Positions 49,730 to 62,591 of a stretch of DNA of 64,000 nucleotides are shown in pieces. Every line of letters starts with the position of its first letter. Within the stretch, counting starts at the first letter, position 1. This stretch comes from Eutreptiella sp. 'Long Island Sound 2002' (Eukaryota; Protista; Euglenida): assembly GCA_964036045.1 (NCBI GenBank), contig OZ038379.1:6944001-7008000 (forward strand), in the 5' to 3' direction. The position numbers and the translations under genes are program-made. The notes below the pieces were generated by a model, which saw only the letters and a program-made list of their open reading frames with translations, searched no databases and was not told the DNA's origin.

Positions 49730-52700
49730 GTATCTATTGTGTCCTCTGATGGTTCTTGTCTCCTTTTGTCCCCGTTTGTGGTTGCTTGTTGTTTTTGTCG
49801 GGTTTTACTTGTTGTTGCTTGCTGTTGCTTGGTTTTACTTTTTGTTGTTTGTTTGTTCTTGCTCTTACTTGTGGTTGTTGTTTTTTGTTACTTGTTACTC
49901 TTTGGGTGCACTATGTGGACGCATAGAGCTGTAAAGTTAGGCTGCGCGGGGGCAAAAAGTGCCATAAACGCCACAGAGATCCATTTGGCCAATGCCAAAA
50001 GAGGGGTGGTAGGCGGATTGACACAGTTCTAACGCAAACGTTTACGGCACCATTGCCGTAAACGTTTACGGCGCCACCACCATAAAGCGGCACGGGTATT
50101 GGAGGGGAAGCTTTTAGGTAGCAGGAAGACGTGCCCCCCCCCCCCCCCCCAGAGGAATAGAGACTACACCCCCTCTCCCTTCTCTTCATCTTTCCACAGG
50201 CAAGAACCAACATGATCAAATAATTAGGCAATGGTGTTGAGACGATGGTGTGGACAGTAACAGCCTGCCTCAGGCCGGCCAGGTCATTTCCGAGGCAGGG
50301 CAGAGATGGAGAATTTGGGGCACCTGCGTAGCCCACTAGGTACGGGAAAGCATTTTTACAGCGCTCCCGCCGTAAAACTGTACGGTGTTGCCGCCATAAG
50401 TTTGTGTATAGGTCCTTGATTGCCGGCGCAATGGTCTCAAAAATGTCATACCGCAACAGGAAAGCACTCAGTTGCACACTCTGGATATGAATAGAATAGG
50501 GCGCTCTCAAGAAATATATAGTAATCAAAATTTAGGGCTTTGGTGAAATTGAGCTCATAGGCCATCTATTTGGCTACTTACGGTGTTGGTTAGTGGTGTT
50601 AGGCCGTACAATTTTTCCTGCGGATATTATAGATATTGCAGATATTGTTTTCTGCGAAAACAAATCCTGTTGATGGGCAGCATGCAGTTTTGCCAGTGGA
50701 CATGCTTTTGCATGTGTGTTGGGGTGTCTAGAGAAGGTGGAGGGGGGGGGGGGTAATGGGATAAAATTGTGCATTGGGTTGGCCTCAAAAGGCATCAAAA
50801 TGGCACCCCGCGGTGGTAAGCGCTGCTTTGCAGCCAAGGAGCCCGTAGTGTCTGACGGCGAGATAGAGGAGATTGGTGCAACGGCCGCCCCTGCAGTGGT
50901 CAGTTAAGAACCCCGGGATGTACCCGAGGACAAGTTGAGTGATGGTGACGCCAAATTTGGTGCAGTGGGAAATGACAAAATTGAAGCGGGTGCTGTAACA
51001 CCCATCTATGAGGACCCTGCCAAGCAGGATACCATTAGAGTACACAGGACACGGGTTTTGATCCTGCACCTGCAACAGATAAGGACTTGGACTTTGATGT
51101 GACGTCAGATGTAAGAACCGGTGGGGGGGCTCATTGTGTGTAGGGGTGACCACATGGTTAGCTCTGAGAGGGGATGACTGGTAGCATAGCATTGGTATAA
51201 GTGAACCATGCAGGTTCCTTCCAATTTGTCCATCTCTGCCCTTCTCCTTCAGACAGAGAAATATTTTTCAGTCCTAGTATGGGTTTTTAATCACTAGGCC
51301 AACACCGTAAGCATTTTTGCGCTGAGATGTGCCATTGAGGGTTAATCATTACACCGAAAATTAAAAAAAATGCGAGCATTGAACGACTGTTTGGGGCACA
51401 TTTGATCAATATTCCCCTCGCTGCAGTTGTCCAATTAGGGGGACGTCTTCTGGCTTATCCGGGTCATGCAACTTATAGCTATCTGTCCTTTTGTGGATCT
51501 CTTTTACATTTCCCTGGGGGTGCCAATGACCTGTCGCAGCAATTCCGAACAAGGTCCGGATCCCGCACTATTAGTTTAAAGCGCCGCTGGAGCTGTGTTT
51601 TTCAGATACAACTCGGTACAGAGAAAATGTAAAATTCGACCGAGATTTGTCAGTTTTTACGGTGCTAGCACCGTAAAATTTTCATGGGTCATACATTTCC
51701 GTTCCACGGGGCTAAAGCCCTGTCGTGTACTTGTTTTTAAAAAGAGTGCATTTTTTACGGCGCCCTGGGTCTGGGGGTTTACAGCTGTACGCATGCGTGT
51801 AGTGCACCCCAAGTTGCTTGTTGTTATTTGTTGCTTGTGTTGTTAGTTGTGGTTGCCCTTCATTCATATCTTTGCTTTTTGACTCAAAATAAACGCCCGG
51901 TCTATAGCCGTCTACTGAGCTGTGACTCGATTTTACCCTTACCGTACTTTCATTGCTATGAGTAGGGGGCTGGTTTGTTGTGTGTCGCCCCCTGTGGGCT
52001 GGCCCTGCTACTGATGTGCCCGCTGCCAAACGTGATGAAGTCCGAATCAGCCCCCCCCTCCCAAAACAAATCCGCCGAGGCCCGATTTGGTTCCAGTGCT
52101 GCCCCATATTGTGACCGCCTGCCTCTTGCTGGAAGGTCTGCACCTGCAACAATCCTGCCAAACGCCGACCCCCTTCGTGGCCATGCTCCCACCCTCCGGC
52201 AATGGATTCACAGTACTTACCCCCTCCCCCCTCAAGAGCGCGTGCCACCGCTGTTTTTCTGACCGTAGTTTTTGCGGCCAAGAGTATCCAGTGACGTGGT
52301 TGGGTGCCGATTGTGGAGAAAAAGAGGGTGGCAGTATTTCCTGTTGATGACAGCGTTCTGTTTGACACTAAAACCCAATGCTCACGGGGGGGGGGTCTGA
52401 CATACTGTAGGATAGTCTGCTTTGTGATATCTATATGAGCCCTCTATAACAGTCTTGTCAGGGTACTGCATTGTACCACAGAGAAAGGTGCCTATGGCAA
52501 TGTCACTAAAGAGCTTTTTGTCCTGACCCTGCTGCTCTGCAGCCTTGTGCCTGTGTGGTAAAGGTGTGGCAAAGCATACAACATCTGCATCCCACAGCGG
52601 GGGCCCTTGGTTTCCATGCGCGACTCCCCCTGTCCCTGCCCTGGGGGCCCAGTTAGTTGCAAAGGGTGGCCGCGTTTGGCCCATAGTACTGGTGCCGCCG

Positions 52701-53421
52701 AAGGTGTTGGGTGACGCCGTACGTCAGGTGTCATGCTCTCCTCCACCCCATGGCGATCGTTGTAAGGTGCATATATGTTGGGGTACCCCCTCCCCCGGCC
52801 GCTGGCTAGACCCTCCCCCTCAAAGGAGCCTTCGGCCCACTTCTACTTGGGGGAGGTGAGTCGCGTATCAACCCGAGGGGTTGGCCCCCGCGTGACCCAA
52901 TGCCATTCCTGGCAACCAACAGAAAAGGGATGCCAGGGATCGGAAGCAGGGATGCTCTTGTAACGATGTGATGTCGTGCATCATGGACAAGTCACTGGAA
53001 CTAAATTTTGTCGGCAAGACGTCTGTATATTGTGTGGCTGCTGTGCTCATGTGAAACCTGGTCTGGATGAGGTCTGGGTAGGTTTTTGGTGTATCCATCG
53101 GATCTCAAAACACGGGTCACAGGCAAGCACCATTTTGTGTCGAAGCTCCGCCCTGTGCTACGGTCGTTTCCCCGACTCCGGCCGACCAATTGTTCAAGAT
53201 CTCTATGTTTGCCGAACACCAACAGGGTTCCTTCCGGTCAGCCCCCCCCCAAATCGACGGGGTTCGCTTGGACCCAACTTATCCAAACAGACCAAACGGC
53301 CACATGCCCCCTTCCGGGGTTGTTCGCATTGTGTGGAGGGCACCTGCGCAAGGGTGTGGGAGGGACATGCCTTGCCACTGGTCTCGATGTCTCGATTCTC
53401 CTCCTCCCTCCCGTCTGGCAG

Positions 53422-54113
53422 GCGCCCTGGCATACTCACACGGCTACCCCATCGCCAACGAGGTCTTCACGCTCACCATCACGGGACTCGGCCTGTCCAA
53501 CTTCGACTCCTACGCAGTCGTCCCGGAGGCCGAGGGGTGCGGCGCCCCGACGGCGGTCCCCGTCGCCGGGGTATCCGGCACAACCTCCGCGACCCTCTCC
53601 GTGTCGCGTGCCGCCGGGAGCCACGTGGTGTGCTACCTCCTCCTGGGCGCGGCCTGGAAGCAGGTTGGCGCGCCGTTCGTCGTCAACGGGGCCTCCGACG
53701 CCTACACGACGCCGCACCCGGCGGCGCGAATGACCAATTTCACCCTGGTGGTGTCCGGCAGCGGCTTCGACTCCGGTGACAAGGTCGCGACGGTCCCGGC
53801 CGCGATGTCCTGCTCCGCAGTGAGCCCTCTCACCGGGGGTTACCTGTCGGTTGGGCCGGACATGATCAGCCCGGACAACACCACCGTCAATGCCACGCTG
53901 GTGCAGTACGCCGCGGGCGCGTACAAGGTCTGCTACAACGTCCAGGATCTGGGGTGGCAGCAGGTCGGGACCTACGAGTTGCAGGTCGCCGGGGTGTCGT
54001 CGCACACCACGATCGGGAGCCCTGCGGCCGCCGGGGTGCGCTTCACGTTGAACCTGCACGGCAGCTTCTTGACGGACGAGGATGTCTACGGCATCGCGAC
54101 ACCCGGGCAAGAG
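53422..54113 (+). CDS. Surface repeat protein, exon 7
   Basis: ctggcAG|GC acceptor (phase 1, matches exon 6), GAG|GTCTGT donor (phase 0). Confidence 0.85.
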
Positions 54114-55415
54114 GTCTGTTGAGGGCTGCAGGGAAGGGTAGCGCAGCGCTTAACACGGGGGAGCTGTGACAGTTCATTCCGCCGCAACTACTTCTGCCCG
54201 CACCCAGCGGTTTGCCAACCGAATGGTAGTCGCCAAACCTGGGCCCACAACCGCTTTTCCAACCATTGTTAACCGCCTCCGGCACCCACTTTTGAACTCC
54301 CCCTCCAGTCCCCCACTTCCAATCCCAACAATTATGACTGTCCTCCATTTGGGATGCCAGGGTATCTTCCGGCTGTTGTTGCTTTGCAAAATGGCGCTGC
54401 ATCTGAACTGGTTGCCCCCCCCCCCCCAAAAAAAAAGAGACAACACACAAATACAAAAAATAGTAGCAGACACAACCTCCCAACCCAACCCAACCCACCG
54501 ACAAGCAGCACGATTAACCCGACCACAAATAAATTATCCGCCACAACAACTATCCGCCGACATTTTCCAGACTCCTGTTCCGACCTTGGTGTGTGGGGCT
54601 TGATTTGTCTGGGGTATTGTGCTGTAGTTTTTGATCTTGCGTGTCGTTGCTTCTCCATGAGGGTCCTTTGGTGCTGTCATGCTTTGTGGATGGTCAGATT
54701 GGTTGAAGGGTCATTTGGGCCGTATTTGGCCGTACTGCCCTCTACGGTGCCCCGCTGGCGCAAATTCCTCTATGGTCCACCCAAGGTGAGCACAACCCCC
54801 TCTATGGTGCCCCTACAGTGAGCACATTCCCTCTATGGCCTCGTGTAGTGATCACTCCCCTCATGGCCACTCAAGAGGGGGCAGACACTCTGAAATGGCG
54901 CCCCTTCAGTGAGCACAACCCCCTGCTATGGCCCCCCTGCAATGAGGAGAAGCGCTTGTATGGCCCTCCAGGCGGCCCAACAGGACAACAAACAGGGCCC
55001 CTCGGTGCTAGCCATGAGGCAAGGGCGGGTGTAAGGCTCGGGGTGTACGTGGGTGGATTGGAGGGAGAGAAGGAGCGGGAGACCAGGAGGCAGCCCCGAG
55101 GGACGCCGCCCCCCTCCCTCCAGATGACGGTAGGCAGGTCTTCTTGTCCAAAGTAAGGAAAAACTCTCCATCAAAATTGCATCTGCAATGTGCCCCAGAA
55201 ACGCATGTCAACCATATACATGCCTCCAGCAACAAGCAGCCCCTTCGTCCATGAAAAATCCGACGGCCAGTCCCTATCCTCTGTCCTGCACCTCATTGCG
55301 CCGTGCTCCTGTTCCCAAACAAAACTCCTGCCCCCCCACCCGCCATCCATCTGTCAATACCCGCTTTTGCAACCGCTCTTGAAACCGCCTTCATGCCCCT
55401 GCTGTGCCCTTGCAG

Positions 55416-55601
55416 TGCGACAACGTGACGATGGTGGCAGTTTCTGCCGGTTGGGTGTCGGGTGGTGGCGCGCTGGTGGCAGTGCCGGAGCAGCAGCTGG
55501 ACGCCACTGGGACGTACACCGTGTGCTACAACTTCCGCGGCCTGGGTCTGCTGTCCATCACTGACCTGGTGGTGGTGAGCGGGGCGGTGGCCTTCCGGAC
55601 C
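55416..55601 (+). CDS. Surface repeat protein, exon 8 (ends at or is broken by the retroelement junction)
   Basis: ttgcAG|TGC acceptor, phase 0. CDNVTMV...GTYTVCYNF...VVSGAVAFRT, then an abrupt switch to retroelement sequence. A weak GT lies at 55602. Confidence 0.8.
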
Positions 55602-55606
55602 GTTGG

Positions 55607-56956
55607 ATGTATGCAGCGCCACTACTGCAACCCACGCAAATCACCGCCAGAACCGCCCAGGGGAACCCCATCTACGTCTATCACCCCACAGCAATCGCCC
55701 GCCTACCCATACCCAGCGACACCGACATCATCTACTTCACTGACGCATCCGGCACCCAGCAACGCACCCCCACGGTCGGTTGCGCCTCCGTGCGCATCAC
55801 CCGGCACGCGGACGGCCTCCACGTGGAACACCACACCGGGGCCACCATCTTTGGGGCGTCCTCCCACGGCGAACTGCGCACCATGGCAGACGCCGTCACC
55901 GCCACACCGCCACCCACGACGATCCGGCCCCGCAACATCTGGGTAGTCGTGGACGCCACGGTCGACATCCACCTCACCAGGCGCCTTGCGGACCTGCCCC
56001 TCCACAAAGCACTCGAATCCGGCCTCACCACACAAGCGTTGGGACTATGGATGGCCTTCAAGGGCATGCACCCCCAGGACACCCTACACATCATCAAGCA
56101 GGAGTCACACCGCTACGCATACGGCAATGGACGCGCAGACACGCAGGCCAAACACCAGAACACCAACCACACCCCAGGGCTCGAACGCGTGCGACTGGAC
56201 ACCCCACACCATAGCCACCTGCAGCACCTGCCCCCGATACCCCCGGCCACACAGCCCCCCCAATGGATGCCCGAGGACACGCCGTACACGGATCGAGACA
56301 AGCAGTACCACTACCCCACACCCATCCAGCAACTGGCCACCACACTGGGCCACCCAGCGAACACCGAACTCCTCCGACGCCTCGAAGACTCCGTCCACAC
56401 CCCCCTCTACTACTCCGCCCTGCGCCCGGATAGCCTCCCAGCACACCTACAAAAGCCCCGACTCCAACTCGCCCTCGAACAACTTCCCCTCCTCACCCGA
56501 TACCACCGATGGTATACGCGCCGCTCGATCCACGTCCCCGCAGGACACACCAAATGCATCTGCAGCCACGCGGAAGAAGAAGCATGGGACCACTTCAAGG
56601 CGTGCCCCCTGTACAGAGGACTGGACACCCTCACAGACTGGAACCCAACCCACACCATCGCACAGCACGCCGGATGGCTGACGCAGTCCCCGGCGACCCA
56701 GCAACTCACCACCGTCCTCAAGCAGACGGAGGTGCTCGAGGCAGTCCGCAGGGGACTCGTCCCCACTGCCGTCTACACCTTGCTACGCACCCACGCGGAG
56801 GACCCCCAGGCCACGGCGGCGCACATGCAGCGGACGGCCGTTGCCAAGACGGCGGAGCAGCTCACATACCGCACCAACAAATACCTGCAGCATGCGGCAA
56901 CCCTGCCCCCAACAGACCAAGCCCACCTCCTCAAACTCCTGTTCTACCAACCATGA
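55607..56956 (+). CDS. C-terminal part of non-LTR ORF2: RNase H and CCHC zinc knuckle (RT/endonuclease absent)
   Basis: YFTDASG, SSHGELRTMADA, VVVDATVD, IKQESHR..GNGRADTQAK match RNase HI D-E-D-H-D. CICSHAEEEAWDHFKAC matches the LINE C-terminal CCHC motif. Confidence 0.8.
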   Translation: MYAAPLLQPTQITARTAQGNPIYVYHPTAIARLPIPSDTDIIYFTDASGTQQRTPTVGCASVRITRHADGLHVEHHTGATIFGASSHGELRTMADAVTATPPPTTIRPRNIWVVVDATVDIHLTRRLADLPLHKALESGLTTQALGLWMAFKGMHPQDTLHIIKQESHRYAYGNGRADTQAKHQNTNHTPGLERVRLDTPHHSHLQHLPPIPPATQPPQWMPEDTPYTDRDKQYHYPTPIQQLATTLGHPANTELLRRLEDSVHTPLYYSALRPDSLPAHLQKPRLQLALEQLPLLTRYHRWYTRRSIHVPAGHTKCICSHAEEEAWDHFKACPLYRGLDTLTDWNPTHTIAQHAGWLTQSPATQQLTTVLKQTEVLEAVRRGLVPTAVYTLLRTHAEDPQATAAHMQRTAVAKTAEQLTYRTNKYLQHAATLPPTDQAHLLKLLFYQP

Positions 56957-57379
56957 GAACCTACCCCGTGACATACCAACACGGAACCCCCACCACGTCT
57001 ACACACCATCCACCGAGCACAGCACTGGCACAGCACACACGGACGCCACAGGCACCGCACACACTCCCACCAGCATGCGCGCGCCACCAGCCCCCATCCC
57101 CCCACGCCGCCGTCCGTCCACAGGTACCACCAACCACCAGCCACCGCATGTCCCCTCTGCGTTAGCCGGCGGCTACCACAGACAGCCCTGCCCTGCAACC
57201 CAGACCACTGGGTCTGCCTGGGAGCCGCGCACCGCCTCACCCGCTGCCCCCACTGCGGGGACCTCAACCCCCGCCACCACGAGCGGCCCGCGGCCCCAGC
57301 CGCACCCCACCCCGCCAGCCACCCCAGCTTCTTCGGGTTCCTCACCGACACCCTCCGGGACCACCTGGGAGGGTACTAC

Positions 57380-60300
57380 GTGGCGGACGCGGCGGACCAC
57401 GCATGGACCATAGCCGTGGCCACGGGCAGCACACCCCTGCCCCCCCACAGCCCACCCCTACGCCACAGCGGAGGCGGCTTGAACGTGGCGGCCCGCCACA
57501 TCCTCCTCGCCCTATACCTCCACCACCGAGACCTACACCTCCCAGGCCCACAACTCCCGGCCCCCCAAGCAGCAGCCCTGACGCCGGAAGCGTGGGCCGA
57601 CACGGCACCAGAGGAGATAGCAGCCTACCTCCGAATCACTTGCCGCCGGTTCAAAAACGCCCTCGGCCGACGGAAGGGAACACCTTACCCCCTCAGCGCA
57701 CTCCTCTACCCGGCACACCACCCCCACCCCGCACAACAGACGCCCCCGGAGGGCTGGGCGTCTTTTCGGGACGCCCACCTGGCCGCCCCCGACGAGGCCA
57801 CCGCCACGCGGATGGGCCTCACGGACCAGGAAACCTACGTCAGAGGCCTCAAGACGAGCCTCCAAGAGGCACACCGCTGGCACGCCCGCTCCCCGTCGCC
57901 CCCACAGGGACAGGGGGGTTCACCCGCCCCCGACACCCACCAGGCCAAGAAGACCAAGACAGGTCAGGGGGCCCGCCAACGCGCCCACCAGCAGGGCGCG
58001 ACGCCCCGACCAAGGCCCGGGTCCAGCCACACCGCACCACCCCACGCCCAGACCCCCGGGGCACACCAACAACACCGCCACCGCCAGCGCCCACCACCAC
58101 CACCGTACCGCAGCACCCAAACCCTGCAGCCCAGTCAGCCACCACCGCCCACACACGTCCACACCATGCCAGGACCACCATACGCGCAGAGCCAGGGGAC
58201 ATGGCACCACCAACACCACCACCACGCCCCCGTCCCTCCCAACCCCTACCCCCTAATGCCCCCAAGCTACAGCGACCCCCACCAGCTACATCCCCACCAC
58301 GCCCCAGCACAACCAGGCCCCGCGAACCACCCACCCCACATAGCGCACATCACCGCACCACACCATCACGTATTCCACCACCACCAGCCCCTGCCACCAC
58401 ACCCACCAACGCCGGGGTACCACACACAACCGGCACACCCTCCACACCACCACCACGCGGTCCAGCACCACCCGCCGCCCCCGCTACACGGGCCCACGAC
58501 ATACGAGCCACGGTACACCCCCATGGACCCGCGAGGAGCCGCGCACGCACACCAGCAACACCAGGGCCTAGTAGGAGCGCCCCACCACCACCAACAGCCC
58601 CCCCACCCACACCCCATACCAGCGAGCACCATCCACCAGCAGCCACCCATCACATACGGACCACAGCCCCACCCGGGGGCTCATGCGGCCGCCTCCCACC
58701 CGCACCCCGGCACCACAACCAGTCAAGAACCGCAAGGGCCACACGGCGCACACACGCAACACCCACACGACCCACAGGGACGCCCGGACCCCCAGCCGGC
58801 ACAACACCCACCCCCGCCCCCCCCACCCCACCACCACCAGCAGCCCCCCCACCCACACCCCATACCAGCGAGCACCATCCACCAGCAGCCACCCATTACA
58901 TACGGACCACAGCCCCACCCGGACGCTCATGCGGCCGCCTCCCACCCACACCCCGGCACCACAACCAGTCAAGAACCGCAAGGGCCGCACGGCGCACACA
59001 CGCAACACCCACACGACCCACAGGGACGCCCAGACCCCCAGCCAGCACAACACCCACCCCCGCCCCCCCCACCACCAACAGCGCCACCCCCACACCACCC
59101 CCCCCCCGCCCCCCCCCCGAGACCAGGCCACGGACACAACACGCGGCAGCCAGCACCAGCCAATCGACGTCGATACCCCCGCCGACACACGCCACCGCGA
59201 ATCCCCCCTCCCGCGACCGCCACAAGAGACCCCATCACCGGACCCCACGCGCGACAACGATGACCACCCCCCCCAACCCACACCACCCCCCCCATCACAC
59301 CCCGCACCACCAGTCGCCGCACCGGCCGAACCCTACGCCCTACACAACCCCGCAGCGGTACGGCAGCACCTCCGGGGACTCGGGGAACAGGACGTCGTGC
59401 TGTACCTCCGCACCTCCGGCACCAGCACCCCCATCCGGGCGGCCACCCTGGTCCAGGCGGCCAGCCTGGGGGAAGGCGTTAGAGACTTCCTCTTCGACGC
59501 CTTCCTCCACGTCGCCCGACACGAGCGCCCCCCGCGCGCCACCCCAGACGGCGAGAGCCCGCCCCCCACGGGGAGCCGGATCTGGGTGCCCCCCATCGAC
59601 TGGGGGCGACACCTGGTCGGACACCCCGTGCCGGGGCGGGTGGGCACCAAGGGCCGCACCCGCTACCACGAGCCCGACATGGCCCACCCCCCACCCGACG
59701 CCACCCCCGACAGCACCAAAGAGTGGGAGCGGGAAACATGGGTAGCCCGGATGGCCTCCCTGAGCAACTTCCGGCACCACGTCCCGGGGGACATCCCCAC
59801 CCCCGACGAGCAGCAGCCAGCCCCCTCCACGTACATGACCCTCATGTACAATCTGCACTACACCCTCTCCACCACCACCTACGACGCACCCACAGACCAC
59901 TGGGTGGTACACGGCACCGACTCCCTCCTCCCCGCCGACTACACCCCCCCCCCACACAACCCAGGCCCCGACACGTACGCCAGGGGGGACGACCCGGACG
60001 ACCCCCACATCTGGGGCACGTGGGAACCCAAATCCCTGGACACGCTGCTCTCCATCCGCAGCGGCTACCAGGGCCTTGGTAGGGCGATGTATTGCCTCGC
60101 CAAGTGGACCCAACGGACCTGGGGGATCCCCACGGACCGATGGGTGTGGGTGGTCACGCTGCGCCCCCAGCAGAGGGAAGCCCCCCCAAACCGCAGGGGA
60201 CCCACCCCCCCACGCCCCACCACCCTACAACTATGCCCGTACATGGTGGCAGCCCGCCTCATGACGCTGCTGTGGACGGGCCCCCACACCCCCACCCAAA

Positions 60301-61865
60301 ACTACCCCCACCTCACAGAGGAGGACATGCCCGGCATCCAGCGATGCTTCTTCCAGACCCTCGACTACCTCCAGCAAACACACCCGCACGTCCTGGAGCA
60401 GATATGGCCACCCCCCGGGTAACCCACGTGCCCGCGCAGCCGAGACAACGCCGCCACGCCAGCACCAGCACGCACGGATCACCAGGGAAAACGCGCGCAC
60501 ACGCCCGATGCCCGAACCTGCACCCTCGTTCTCGCTACTTACAGGACCCAGCATCATACACCCGCCCCCGAGGCCCAGGACCCTCCGCCGTCTCCCACAG
60601 CCCTCTCCTCCGCCTCCGACTCCACAACCTCCACCACCACGACCACCTCATCCACCACCACCACCACGTCCTCATCCAGCACTCCACCCCCCAGGCCGCG
60701 GGGGACACCTCCCAAACGGGCCTCCAAACCCGCCCCCACCGCGAGCAGCCCCGCCGCCGCCAAGGCCCACGCCCCGACGAAGCCCACACCCACGACCCAG
60801 CCGACGCCCAAGACCGCCGCCAAACGGCCACCCAAACCCAAGGGTCAACCCGCAGCCAAGCCCAAACCCAAGCCCAAACCTGGCGCCACGACGGCAGCGC
60901 GAGCCCGGCCCCCCGAGGACGTCCTCTACGACATCCGGCCCCAGCCGTCCCAGGCCCGAAGGCAGCAGCGCCCAACGCGGCGCCCCCCCACCGTCACCGA
61001 CGCCACCGCCACCACCTTCATGGCGGAGCGCGCCGCGGCCGAAGCGCGACGCACCTCGTCCCGCCACCTCTCAAAGCCCGCACCCCAGGCCCACGGACCG
61101 CTCCCGACCAAGCCAGAACAACGCCAGGGTCCACCAGCAGCGTCCCCGCCCCCCTACCGGCCCTCGATGACAGCCCACATGCAACGCATGCCCCACTACC
61201 GCCGCCGCCGCGAATCCCCGCCCAACCCCGAGGCGGAGACCGTACGCGCACACCCGCGGGTCCACATCCGCGTGCACCCCCACTCCCCACGCACCCCCAC
61301 GGAACAGGACTACGAGGAATCCCCCAGGCCCGCCACCGCCGCCGGTCCCCACGACCACGTCACACCCACCCACGCCCACTCCTCCGCCCAAGACCGCAGG
61401 CCCGCCCAGGAACAGTGGTGGCAGCGCTGGACCCACACGCAGCTCTGGGAGCTGCGGAAGTGGGCCCGGGGAGAGCCCTCCCTCGAGGGCCTGGTCCATC
61501 GGCCCCGCAAGGGGTCGGTGGAGAACTGCCGCCTCCGGCCGGCGGGGGGGTGGATGCCGCAGGCCGCATGGGAAGCCATGCTGGCCGATGCGCTCCACCC
61601 CCTGGGAGTCCACCCCCGCAACCTCCCCGCGCCCCAGGACCACCCGTATGTCCTCAGGCGCCTGCGGGAGACCCTCCAGGAAACGCAGCGAGACGGCATC
61701 CGCCTGTGGGACATCACCCAAAGCCCAGCCCCGCACGCACACACCCCCTCACCACCCCACAAGCGTCGGCGCACCGACACCGGCGACACCCACAGCACCC
61801 CAGGAGCCCTGCGCGCCACACAACACGACGCGCCTGACCCCCCGGCCAGCGGCGCCGCCATCTAA
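57380..61865 (+). pseudogene. Degenerate ~1,500-codon ORF (helical N-terminus, Pro/His/Gln-rich repeat, globular middle domain, S/T/P/K linker, Trp-rich C-terminal domain)
   Basis: ORFs 57380-59263, 58683-60422 and 61020-61865 join through one frameshift in the C-run at ~59097-59117 and one in-frame TAA at 60420-60422. Confidence 0.5.
58583..59074. repeat. 246-bp (82-codon) tandem duplication inside the Pro/His-rich ORF
   Basis: HHHQQPPHPHPIPASTIHQQPPITYGPQPHP...PAQHPPPPPP occurs twice, starting at 58583 and 58829. Confidence 0.9.
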
Positions 61866-62591
61866 CCCCGTTACCCAGCAAACCACCACCACGGGGCGCC
61901 ACGCCAGGCCCCGCCCAGAAGTCACCAAACGAACCGGACGCCGAAGGAAGCCAACACACACGACAACGAGCACCACTACGCCCAAAGACGCCGAACCCAG
62001 GCCCGCTACCGTGGGCTCCTCTCCACCCTCAGCACGACACACACGTCGCTGGCGTCACTCCTCCGCCGTGCCCCCTCCCACGCCACCGCCCCGCCCCCCC
62101 CCCCCTCCCGCCGCACGTCCCCACGCCGCCCAGCACCCAGCCCCACACACTGCGCCACAGCATCGCCCTAGTCCGGCTCCTCCACCATCGCGCCACTTGG
62201 CACCTCACAGTAGACCGCCATCCTGTGGTCCCGCTCCCCCCGGCACCGCTCCCGGGGCCGCACCCGGCCCACGTCGTGTTCGCCCCCACGTCGCGGGCCG
62301 CGGACATCCTCCCGCTCCTCGCCGCCACCCCTCCCGGGCATCGCATACTGCTTGCCGCCAACCCCTCGGTCCTCAGTGAGGTCCTCATCGGGCACGCCGA
62401 CGCCCTGCACGTGCGCCCGCTGTTGCCCAACCTGCACGCTGCGTACGCCCCCGGCACGCCCGTCGACCCCTCCGTGTGGGACTCCCAGTGAGGCCACCGG
62501 CCACCGGCCGGCTCGCACGCACCACCCCGCACTCGCCTCGGGCGCACGACCCCGTGGACGCCGCTACCCACACGCCCGGCCCCGCGCAACC

